DNA of 64,000 nucleotides from Eledone cirrhosa (Eukaryota): NCBI GenBank assembly GCA_964016885.1, contig OZ024749.1, positions 42,036,001 to 42,100,000 of the forward strand, read 5' to 3'. Shown piece by piece: positions 1 to 9,950 of this stretch (position 1 is its first letter; each line of letters starts with the position of its first letter). The notes under the pieces were generated by a model. It saw only the letters and a program-made list of their open reading frames with translations, ran no database searches and was not told where the DNA came from. The position numbers and the translations under genes were made by a program.

Positions 1-27
1 GATCCGTTATTTTTTCCACCATATTAG

Positions 28-209
28 GATCCCCAGAAGTTGTCTTACTTAACATCAGAACAAGCCTTAGAAGATTATGCCACACTGATTCAACACATGA
101 AGTCAACCATTAAAGGGGCCCAAAACAGTTCTGTTGTGGCCTTTGGTGGCTCCTATGGGGGCATGTTGTCGGCCTGGTTCAGAATGAAATATGCTGGAGT
201 TGTTGTAGG
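28..209 (+). CDS. PRCP: PRCP internal exon with catalytic Ser (DPQKLSYLTSEQALEDY...VVAFGGSYGGMLSAWFRMKY); 5' exons lie upstream of the window
   Basis: AG at 26-27, GTGAG at 210; GxSYGG nucleophile elbow and LTSEQALxDY motif of peptidase family S28. Confidence 0.95.
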
Positions 210-363
210 GTGAGAAAAACACACTAACTGATTTCATGACGTTGTTGTTTCTGTTGTTGTTGATGTTGTCATTGTTGGTGTTGTTGTTGTTGTTAGTGTT
301 GTTGTTATTGTTGTTATATAATACCACAGCCATTATCATTTTAACCTTGACCTTGACCCACAG

Positions 364-521
364 GTCAATTGCAGCTTCTGCTCCGATCTGGGGATTCAAT
401 GGACTGTGTCAATGCAATGGATTATACCGTGTCATAACTAACACATTTAAACTGGGAGGGGAACAGTGTCCAGAAAACATCCGGAAGAGCTGGAAAGTCA
501 TTGATAAGATGGGACAGTTCA
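364..521 (+). CDS. PRCP: PRCP exon (SIAASAPIWGF...CPENIRKSWKVIDKMGQF)
   Basis: CAG at 361-363, GTAAGT at 522; phase matches the flanking exons; AASAPI motif. Confidence 0.93.
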
Positions 522-567
522 GTAAGTCAGGATTTCTTTTTTTTACATCTTCATTGTTGTTTTAAAA

Positions 568-900
568 TCATCATCATCACCACTGTCATCACCATCACTA
601 TCATCATTATCATCACCACCACCACCACCATCAGCATCATCATAATCATCATTATCATCACCACCATCATCATCATCATCATCATCATCATCACCACTAT
701 CATCACCACCACCAGCACCATCATCATCATAATCATCATTATCATCACCACCATCATCATCATCATCACCACTATCATCACCACCACCACCACCACCACC
801 ATCATCATAATCATCATTATCATCACCACCATCATCATCATCATCACCACTATCATCACCATCACTACCATCATCATTGTCATCACCAACACCATCATCA
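568..900. repeat. (CAT/CAC)n trinucleotide array in a PRCP intron
   Basis: Direct reading; source of the poly-I/T and poly-M/V ORFs. Confidence 0.95.
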
Positions 901-909
901 TTTTTACAG

Positions 910-1073
910 GTGAAGGGCTGAAGTTCCTGTCTGAAGAACTCAAGCTGTGTTCCCCACTGACCAACTCAGCTGACCTCAAGAACTGGCTGTCTGAGACTTG
1001 GTTTGATCTGGCAATGATGGATTACCCTTACCCAACCAACTTTCTAGAACCTCTACCAGCTTGGCCAGTGAAA
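910..1073 (+). CDS. PRCP: PRCP exon (EGLKFLSEELKLCSPL...LAMMDYPYPTNFLEPLPAWPVK)
   Basis: TTTTTACAG acceptor, GTAAGT donor at 1074; AMxDYPYxxNFLxPLPAWPV is typical of PRCP/DPP7. Confidence 0.95.
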
Positions 1074-1200
1074 GTAAGTGAAAAATTGTTTGGTTCAAAT
1101 CTCACTCTCTCAGACGTCAAAAGGTATGCTATGGTCTTGAAACCCCTAATGGATACATAGGGGTGCCGTATTGGCATACAGAATTTCTTGGACATATTAA

Positions 1201-1408
1201 CCCTTTAGCATTTAAACCGGCTGTAACTGGCCAGAATTCTCTCTCCTCTTTCTCTTCAAACCAGCTGTAACCGGCTACTCACACAGATTTTAAGGTATTG
1301 TTTTCAAAATAAATAATATCAAAATCTCAAAGATTCGATATTATGTGAGATAAAGCCTTTACAGCGAAAATACAATAGTATATATAGAGTAATGTGAATA
1401 CTAAAGGG
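1201..1408. mobile_element. piggyBac-type MITE; related copies at 42458-42675, 45209-45426, ~54855-54990 and 60497-60707
   Basis: TTAA-CCCTTTAG...CTAAAGGG-TTAA ends; shared internal sequence among the copies. Confidence 0.8.
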
Positions 1409-1567
1409 TTAAACCTTGCAGAGCCCATCCTTCTCCATGTCTGAACACAGCACCTCCTCACAGTACTCAGCATCTCTCCATCTCTCTCCCATCTCCCTCT
1501 TCTTCCATCTTCTCTCACTGTTCTACTACTAAAAAATCCTTAACCAATATTTTCTTTCTTCCTCCAG

Positions 1568-1732
1568 AAAACCTGTATCCCACTGAATGATCTCAGTCTA
1601 GGTGGTAAGAGCCTGATCTCTGCCTTGACCAAATCTCTACAGGTGTACTACAACACAACAGGTAAAACTTCCTGTTTTAACCTCACCCAGTCATCCAGTA
1701 GTAACATGGGAGAACTAGGATGGGGATATCAA
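1568..1732 (+). CDS. PRCP: PRCP exon (KTCIPLNDLSL...VYYNTTGKTSCFNL...LGWGYQ)
   Basis: Pyrimidine tract plus CAG at 1565-1567, GTAAGT at 1733; 165 nt, phase 0-0; YYNxTGxxxC and GWxYQ motifs. Confidence 0.93.
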
Positions 1733-1799
1733 GTAAGTGGCTACTTCTTTTTATTTCACCCTCTTTCTCTTTGATATATATATATAAGTAAACATACAC

Positions 1800-1840
<41 letters not shown>

Positions 1841-2391
1841 TATATACATATATATGTGAGGGTGTGTATATATATTTATATATATATATATATACACACA
1901 CACACATATATATGCATATAAATATGTGTGTATGTTTGTATATATATATGTAAACACGCATGTGTGTGTATATATATATATGTAAACATGCATGTGTGAG
2001 TGTGTATATGTAAACATGCATGTGTGAGTGTGTATATGTAAACATACATGTGTGTGTGCATATAAACATATAAATATATATATATCATCATCATCATCAT
2101 CATCACCGTTTTACGTCCGTTCTTCCACGCTAGCATGGGTTAGACGGGTTGTCCTGTTGTGGGCAGTGTCTGGTCGGCTGACCATACCTTGCTCATACAG
2201 GAACTGATTTGGCTTGGTTTCTACAGCTGGATGCCCTTCCTAACACCAACCTCATTTACAGTGAGTGCTGGGTACTTTTTTTCCGTGGCGCCTACACGTC
2301 CACTTTACAGTGTGGGCTGGGTGCTTTTTTTCCGTGGCACCTCCACGACCACCTTGCGGTGGGGGGCATGGGGGCATATTGTCTATATGCT

Positions 2392-2557
2392 TCAGCTTGT
2401 ACCCATGGGAGGTCGGGTACTCTGTATTACTGCGTGACGCCAGAAGTCACGGTCGTGTGTCATTGTCTTTGAGAGGTGTAATTGGGTAAGGTCGGCTTTT
2501 ATCACCTCATCCCAGGTCATCTTGGGTCTCCCCACTCCGCGGTTTCCATCAACTTCT
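2392..2557 (-). mobile_element. 3' fragment of an RTE-clade LINE
   Basis: Translation EVDGNRGVGRPKMTWDEVIKADL...DRDFWR matches the GxRxxGRP...W...DR..W C-terminus of RTE ORFs. Confidence 0.8.
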
Positions 2558-2684
2558 ATATATATAAAATAAACCATTTTGCTCAGACACACATTAACTC
2601 AGTGTTATTTTATGACTACATTATCCAATATTTCCTATTTAAATATATGCTAATGTAAAACTTAATTTTCTGTTCTATCGTCAG

Positions 2685-2872
2685 TCTTGTACAGAAATGG
2701 TGATGCCTTCCTGCACTGATGGAGTCACAGATATGTTTTATCCAGAAAAGTGGAATTTCACTGACTACTCTGAATATTGTTACAATACATGGAAGGTTGT
2801 GCCTAGACTTAATTGGATCACTACAGAATATGGAGGTAAAAATATTCAGGCTGCATCTAACATTGTCTTCAG
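2685..2872 (+). CDS. PRCP: PRCP exon (SCTEMVMPSCTDGVTDMFYP...YGGKNIQAASNIVFS)
   Basis: TCAG at 2681-2684, GTAAG at 2873; CTEMVMP and SNIVFS motifs. Confidence 0.95.
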
Positions 2873-3311
2873 GTAAGCTTTAGTTTCTATATATTTTATT
2901 AAAGTTTTATTTATTGATTTACTAGAGGAGGGTACATGATATATGATCACTCACTCCACTCTTGTGACATTGCTGGTGATAGGAAGAGCATCTAGCTATA
3001 GACAGCCTGCCAAACAGTCAGGAAAGCTATTCCACTATGCCAAAGACATGGCAACTTCCCTAAGACTGTGTGTCAGGGTTCCAGCCCACTAACAACCTAA
3101 GTATCCAACTTCTGCCATGATGATGATATACACCTGCATGACTGAGCCTGGAAGGTGAAATGATGGTTGTTGCAACACATCTCCCTTACCATCCTACAGA
3201 GTGACACATTCACTATTTTGTCCAATGGGATCAAGAAGCAACAGCAAACCTTTTTATATACCGTTAAACTAATAAATGTTGTTTGCTTTGTTATTTCCGG
3301 CTTATCTTTAG

Positions 3312-3344
<33 letters not shown>

Positions 3345-3359
3345 TTATATATATATAAT

Positions 3360-3505
3360 GGAGGCACATGGCTTAGTGGCTAGAGCATTGGCCTTGCAAT
3401 CGAAAGGTTGTGAGTTCAATTCTCAGACCGGGTGATGTGTTGTTTCCTTGAGCAAGACACTTTATTTCACATTGCTCCAGTTTACTCAGCTATAGAAATG
3501 AGATG
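3360..3505 (+). mobile_element. tRNA-derived SINE; similar copies at ~43045-43230 and ~47085-47190
   Basis: A box TGGCTTAGTGG, B box GAGTTCAATTC, then the CCTTGAGCAAGACACTT core. Confidence 0.75.
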
Positions 3506-3695
3506 ATAGGGACTGGGGTCCATATCATTCCACTGCAAAGTGGTCGTGGAGGTGCCACGGCAAAAAAGCACCCAGCACTCACTGTAAATGAGGTTGGTGT
3601 TAGGAAGGGCATCCAGCTGTAGAAATCAAGCCCAAATCAGTTCCTGTACCACCCTTGCAAGCAGGGAAAAAGCAGACGTAAAATGAATTTTTATA

Positions 3696-3735
<40 letters not shown>

Positions 3736-3747
3736 TATGTATGTATT

Positions 3748-4053
3748 TTGTTATACTTTGGGAGGGTCATGCTGCCAATAATAACACACACACCTGTTGG
3801 TTTTCACTTCAATTTAATTTAATAACCAGATGGTTGTCTATTGTCAAAGCTCTTTCGTCACACATTCTGTGACCTCCTCAGTAACTAATTTGTTATTTTG
3901 CGTCTCTTTGTTCTGTCTTCCACCATCTTGTTTTTATGAGCTGTGTACATCTGGTTACTAAACCAACCAACTGGAAGTTTATAATAAATTGAAGTGAAAA
4001 CCAACAGGTGTGTGTGTTTTTATTGGCAGCATGACCCTCCCAAAGTATAACAA
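3748..4053. mobile_element. Inverted pair of Penelope-like terminal repeats containing a minimal hammerhead motif
   Basis: ~68 bp near-perfect inverted repeat (3748-3816 / 3985-4053); related sequence at ~15500-15735. Confidence 0.65.
3840..3889 (-). ncRNA. Minimal type I hammerhead ribozyme motif
   Basis: Minus strand reads GUUA-CUGAGGA-G-GUCACA(gaaug)UGUGAC-GAAA-GAGC-UU-UGAC: core boxes, 6-bp stem II, 4-bp stem I, very short stem III. Confidence 0.65.
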
Positions 4054-4200
4054 TATCTATTTCAACACACAATTTCAGATAAGAACTTTTGCAAAACAAA
4101 TACAAAAAAACAACATGTATGTATATATGTATGTATTTGTGTGTGTGTGTGTATTTATAGAACAGTATTAAATATTTTAAAGTGCTTTTATTTTTTTCAG

Positions 4201-4393
4201 CAATGGATTGCTTGATCCTTGGTCTGCCTTTGGGGTCCTTAAGAATGTTTCTAAGACCCTTATAACTGTGATTATTCCCGAGGGTGCTCACCATTTAGAT
4301 CTGAGATCTAAGAATACCCGAGACCCAGCATCTGTAACAGAGGCCAGGAACATTGAGAAAATGCACATCAGGAAGTGGTTGAAATTGAGGTAG
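4201..4393 (+). CDS. PRCP: PRCP last coding exon with catalytic Asp (NGLLDPW) and His (GAHHLDLR); stop TAG
   Basis: T-tract plus CAG ending at 4200; in frame with the previous exon; stop at 4391-4393. Confidence 0.96.
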
Positions 4394-4477
4394 ACCCTAG
4401 AATATGTAGGCATTGTTATAAACTGATTTGCTGGATTGTTATAGCTAGGGCTACATGCAATTTGTAAATAGTATATA

Positions 4478-4483
4478 AATAAA
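4478..4483 (+). terminator. Probable PRCP polyadenylation signal AATAAA
   Basis: AATAAA 85 nt after the stop, followed by T/GT-rich sequence. Confidence 0.6.
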
Positions 4484-4548
4484 ATTGTTAATTTATACAT
4501 AATATATACTATGTATTTTTTTTTATTTTACTATATTTGTATATAATA

Positions 4549-4732
4549 CTAGCTGGCCCCGTGCTGTCAAAAATGACGGCTAATTGTAATATCTATACAT
4601 AAGACAGCTGTGACAAATCTCAGAACACTGGACTTCTATAGTTTCTCACCCCCTCCTTCCTCAGTCATCTTATTGATGTGTATGTAATAATTATTTTTTT
4701 TAAGTGTCTGTTTATATATATGTATGTGTAGA
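4549..4732 (-). mobile_element. Short non-autonomous Helitron
   Basis: Minus strand: A|TCTACAC... 5' end; hairpin GCCGTCA-TTTT-TGACAGC about 10 nt before a CTAG|T 3' end. Confidence 0.55.
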
Positions 4733-4766
4733 TCCGTGTGTGTTTATAATTCCAATGGTCAATGTG

Positions 4767-6516
4767 GAAGGGGTCGATTGTCTAAAAAGTTTCGCCAATC
4801 CCTGGTCAAATACTTGCTCCTTCATCCTCTCATTCACCCTTCTCCACACTCACCTTATCTCATTTAATGATAACAATAAAAACACGAACAAATTGATCAA
4901 TTTAACCCAAGGTTATACAAAAAAACAAAAACACTTTTTATTTTGTTATGTCTTTTAATTTGTATTGTTTTGTTTTAAATTTCTATAAAAATGTCAAAAT
5001 ATATATAAATAAAAAATATAAAGAATTGTAAAAAAATAGTTGAACGATATCTCTGTGACTGTATATGATTTCTTGTGGAGATTTGCTTGCTGTTTCTTTA
5101 GCGGTTGTTAGGGGCTTTTTTTTTTATATAGGGCCAGGCTGCTAGCCCGACGCCTAAACTTCCTCCTTTCTTGACCAGGCTTACAACTGGCCATGGAAGA
5201 TCGACCATACTGGCAGAGGCTTGCTGCCTTGTGTACCCCAAAGTGTGGGAAGACTTAAGAGAATAAGTATATTATTTACTAAATAAATGTTACATTTGTA
5301 AACTGCTTCAGGGTATTTCTAGATGATTGTGTCATTCTTGGCCGACCAACCCTCTTCTAATGCTTATGTTTGTGTTTGTATCTTAAATATACACTGAAGT
5401 TATATTTGAAATATAACTAAAATTATGTGTTAAATATAAACTAAGTAATGTCTGTCTTAAGTTATGTTCTAACAGAAAAAAAACTGTGTTAAATTAAAAA
5501 AGAATCGTGTTAAATAAAAGAAAATTGTGTTAAATAAAAAAAATGTTAAAATAAATATTAAAAAATAAATTAACAAGAAAAACTGAAAACCCTTTTTTTT
5601 CTCGAAGGAACTTCATCAATGAAAAGAAAAATGTTGAGAAGTCAGAGTGGGGTAGAGTGGTGGGAGATAACCTCTCACCACCACCAACACCCCTCCTTTA
5701 CCCACACTCCACCTCATTCTTCCTCCTACACTCTTAAACCCCACACCCACACCGCCGCCATTTTTTCTGTAAGCATTGTCATTAAAGTTTTTTTTTTTCA
5801 ATTTTTTAATTTTTATTTTTACCACATCAGCCAAAACTTTCAACTTGGATTTGTTTCCAGTATTCTATGAATAAAGGTAACTGAAACTTTAAACAGTGTT
5901 CTTTTTAGTACATATATATATGTATATAAGTGTGTGTGTGTGTGTGTATATATATAAACAATGTTGTCTCTGAATAAGAAAACACATCACTAGAACAGCC
6001 ATTCATATATATATGTGTATATAAGTGTGTGTGTGTGCATGCATGCATATGTGTTCATATATGCACAGTGTTCAGTGTTCATATATGTGTACAGTGCTCA
6101 GGTGCACTACAACTCATCAAAAGTGTATGTATAGTACATAGGGTAATGTACAAACGTCAGGAAAATGAACTGCATGAGTCATGATATACACGTGTGCATG
6201 TGTATGGAAGGGGTACATCAGGTGTAGTTTTGTCGTATTTCGGGAAGCATGAGGGTTTTAAAGGATGCAGTTTCTCGGCAGCTAACAACTGAAGCAGGTA
6301 GTTTGTTCCATGCTTCAGCAACTCTGAGCGTGAAAAAATGTTTACGAAAGTCATGGGAGCTGTGCTGTTTTCTGATTTTGAAGGCGAAATGGTTAATAAC
6401 TTTGTGGGTGTTTACCAAGTCCATTGCCAGACGTCGGAGCTTCAATGAATCCATGCCCAGGGAAGAAAGGCATTCAGAGTATGGTAGATCCCTGGATGTA
6501 GGGTATGCGCTTGGTT
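4767..6516 (+). repeat. Left arm of a large inverted duplication
   Basis: Reverse complement of 12503-14319; identical ORF-track peptides on opposite strands (5619+ and 13205-). Confidence 0.97.
6070..6516 (-). mobile_element. CR1-clade LINE 3' fragment inside the left arm
   Basis: PYSERLSSLGMDSLKLRR...RKHFFTLRVAEAWNKLP, a CR1 ORF2 C-terminus. Confidence 0.85.
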
Positions 6517-6639
6517 TCTAAATTAACATATATAGAAACGTAATGAGAGTGAGGTAACATACGAATATATGTTATCTCGCTTTCTTGCCGTTTCTATATA
6601 TTTTTTTTTTTAAATAAATAAAATTTTACCTATAAGCAC

Positions 6640-6807
6640 GACTACTCTACTCAGTAGAATTGCGGCCTCGCGTGGTGATGCATGTAGCAGTTCGGACTTT
6701 GTCAACTACTTATTTATGGTGTGACCATTCTATGTGTCTGAAGATCGAATCGTTGCGAGGGCAGTCGGGATTATTTGCATCCTGGACCGCGCGAGCAGTC
6801 CTTTTTT
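6640..6807 (+). ncRNA. Candidate structured small RNA ending in a T6 run; family unassigned
   Basis: CpG-rich island in AT-rich DNA; long bulged stem joining both ends; TATA-like sequence upstream; TTTTTT at 6802-6807. Confidence 0.4.
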
Positions 6808-7568
6808 GCTCTAAATTTGATTAGAGTTATCTCCCATCATTTAGAGTTACTTCCCCTTTATGGAATTCTTTTTTTTATAATTTTGGATATTGTTGTTCAT
6901 GTGAAGAGGTATGGGATATTTTGCCGTGTATAAAGAGACTAAACCTTCTCTCTATACACATACATTTCATTAGATATCATTTTGAATATTGTGTTCATGC
7001 GAAGAGGTATTTTATGTGGCTTTCTGGCACTTTTTCACCCACTCGACATATGCTTTCTTTTAAATTAAAAAAGAACTAGACATACAAATAGTGTTACTCT
7101 TCTAAAAATCGTTCTAAGAAACTAAAATTTCTCTAAATTAAACCGGTGACATATTTCGATTTAAACCGCTTCTTTGAAAAATATCATGTAAAGAGGCGTG
7201 TTTTAATTGCCGTGTATACACTCGCAGATATTCTTGAGACACAAAAATACGTTTTACTATTTCTCTTTTTAGAGACATACATCTAAAAACATGTACTTTC
7301 TACTAAGAAAAATATATAGATCTTTTCTATACAGGAAAATACTTTTTCTTTTTTATTCTTAGAAAGAAAACCACTATATACAGCTACATTTTTATTATCT
7401 TCTCTATTTCTTTCACAACGAAGCTTCATTTCTCGCACACATATGTCCTCTTGTACGTATGTTTTCCAACCTGAATAAAAAAAGTTAAAAACTTGGATTT
7501 TATTAATTTTCGGAAGTAAAGTAAAGCTTTATTTTATGTTGAAATATTTTCTCTTTATTTCCCTCCAT

Positions 7569-9062
7569 AATGTCAGCAATAATTATTTAAACGATAATTT
7601 CTAATTCCCTTCATGATATACTCGGGTTTCGTTTTGGAGGACTTGCTCTATTGTCAACATGTTCCTGTCACACAAAATGTGTCGTTGGGGTGTCACCTTG
7701 AATCTGCCACTGCTGCAGTTTGTTTCCACCACTGTTTTTATGCTTCATCATGTGTCCTGATAGAGTTTCTTTTCCCTAAGACACTCATCTTTACCATGGC
7801 AGAATCTCCTAGTTTGAAAGTGTCCACCACTTCTTCCATATGATGTTGGTTGCTAAATTCTGGTTATTAAAATTAACCAGAATCTTTTGAGACCTGTCGT
7901 CTTTGGTCATGGTGAATATCGCTTTAACTTATGTAACATTCTTGGTTTCTTTCTTTAGAAACTTGATTTTATATTCTTAGTTTCTTTCTTTAAAAAAAAA
8001 CTCACACACTTTGTTCCTTTCCTTAGAAACTTCATCTACATTCTTGGTTTCTTTCTTTAGCCACTTGACATACATTTTTAATTTCTTTTTTCATTAATTT
8101 CATATAGTTCACTTTCTTAAGAAATTTCATCTACATTCTTAGTTTCTTTCATTATACACACCTCCATTGATGTACCCAACGAATTTTTTTTAGTTTACAT
8201 ACTTTGCTTCTTTCCGACACTTCATCTACATTACATTGATGTAACAAAAGTTTTTCTTGTTTCCTATATTGAAAGGTATATATAATAATCGTTTCTACTT
8301 TTGGCACAAGGCAAGCAATTATCTCAGTGCATTACTGATACTTTATTTTATCCACCCCGTAAGGATGAAAGGGTGGGATTTGAACTCAGACTTTAAAGTA
8401 ATTCTATGCTACGAAGCATGGCGTTTGACTCTCTACCGACACTGCCAATCCATAATAATAAAAGACAAAATTGGAAGAATTTTATAAAGTTTAATATTCT
8501 TTTTATTGATAACGTATATGTAAATGACTTTCATTTCTTTTTACAGATGTCCAGCCTACAAGGTCATATGCTGTGTTGTTTGCCGCAACAAGTGTGAATG
8601 GCGAAGTTTCTGTTAATAAATAAAGTTTACATATTATATACGAATTGTGTTCAGTTTATTTTGACAAAAATGAATAAAGAAATCAAGAAACTGAATAAGA
8701 CCTACTAAAAAGAACGCAAGTGAAGTGTCTAAAGAAAGAAACTAAGAATGTATATTAAGTGGCTAAAGAAAGAAACCAAGATGTATATGAAGTTTCTAAC
8801 AAAACAAACTAATAGTGTAGATGAGGTGTCTAAAACTAAGAATGTAAATTAAGTCGAAAATCGTATATAAATATGAATTCTTAAAACTAGTGTTTTTGAA
8901 AGTGTTGTAACAACACACACATATATATATATGCAAGCATGGGAGATGCTATGGGACATAGGAGATGCCCTAAATAGGCTTATGATGACCAGGCTTAGTT
9001 GGCTGTAGGAGATCCTATGGGACATATACAAAACTAACGTTTAAATAATTATTTCTGACATT
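7569..9062. mobile_element. Foldback-like element with 25-bp terminal inverted repeats and oppositely oriented internal ~37-bp tandem arrays
   Basis: AATGTCAGCAATAATTATTTAAACG (7569-7593) matches the reverse complement of 9038-9062 at 24/25; arrays at ~7935-8230 and ~8680-8855 are inverted relative to each other. Confidence 0.6.
8547..8616 (+). CDS. Candidate terminal exon of a small Cys-rich peptide (x-CPAYKVICCVVCRNKCEWRSFC*)
   Basis: Strong acceptor TTTCATTTCTTTTTACAG; 6 Cys in 22 codons; stop overlaps tandem AATAAA (8615-8624); GT-rich downstream element. Confidence 0.45.
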
Positions 9063-9289
9063 GAGGACCTGCAAAAATTTGTTAAGACATGAAGCCTCCA
9101 TGCAAGAAGTAGTACATGTTTTTTGGATAAATGGATATTTCATATGAAGACATCGTTTCCATACCAACAACAATTGCACATACTATAGGATTGCATAAGG
9201 GAACAATTGAAATAATTATAATGAATAAACGATTTATGTAATTTCAGCATCTTTCTTAATGTTATACTTATAGATACATATTTATATTA

Positions 9290-9950
9290 ATGTATTAAAA
9301 AATACATAGACCGTACTGTCTAATGTATTTTTTAAAAACAACTGTGTGATACAAGAAAGATGTATATGATTCTATTGTTTGAAATACCATTTTAAAATAT
9401 TGGTGTTTGATATGAGAAAGATGTGTTGAAGATCTCTGTGTTCTTTTGTAATAGTGGTATGTAATACAAGAAATATGTGTTTTAGACTATATTGTTTAAT
9501 ATGTCCTTTTACGATAGTAGTGTGTAATATGAGAAAGATATGTTTAGGTCTGTATTGTCTAATATGTTTATAATACTGGAGGGTGATAGAAAGATGTGTT
9601 TAAGGCTATATTATCTAATAAGTAATACTGGTTTGATACAAGAAAGATGTATTTAAGACTATATTGTTTAATGTTCTTTTATAATAGCGGTGTGTGATAT
9701 GAGAAAAATGAATTTGAAATAGAGATGTGATAGGAGAAATAAGTGTTTAAGACTATATTATCTAATATGGAATTTTAAAATAGTTGTGCCTGATACAAGA
9801 AAGGAGTATTTAAGACACTATTGTCTAATGTCCTTTTAAAATAATGATGGGAGATATGAGAAAGATATGTTTAAGACTATGTATAATGTCCTTTTAATAC
9901 AGTAATGTGTGTTTAACACTTATCTAACATGTAATTTTAAAGTAGTGGTA
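9290..9950. repeat. Degenerate ~60-bp tandem repeat
   Basis: Recurring GAGAAAGATRTGTTTAAGACTATATTGTCTAAT-like unit. Confidence 0.8.

Noticed and set aside
501-1160. 219-aa ORF with poly-Ile/Thr
   Set aside because: Intronic (CAT/CAC)n running into the real exon 910-1073; only that exon is coding
3360-3430. tRNA-like A/B boxes
   Set aside because: No full cloverleaf and it continues into a SINE body; a SINE head, not a tRNA gene
5619-5870. 83-85 aa ORF present in both arms
   Set aside because: Its duplication is explained by the inverted repeat; the frame differs between arms at a T run; no recognisable domain
7610-7910. Coding-like minus-strand stretch (MEEVVDTFKLGD...)
   Set aside because: Multiple stops; only a faint resemblance to a LINE RT motif, too weak to call
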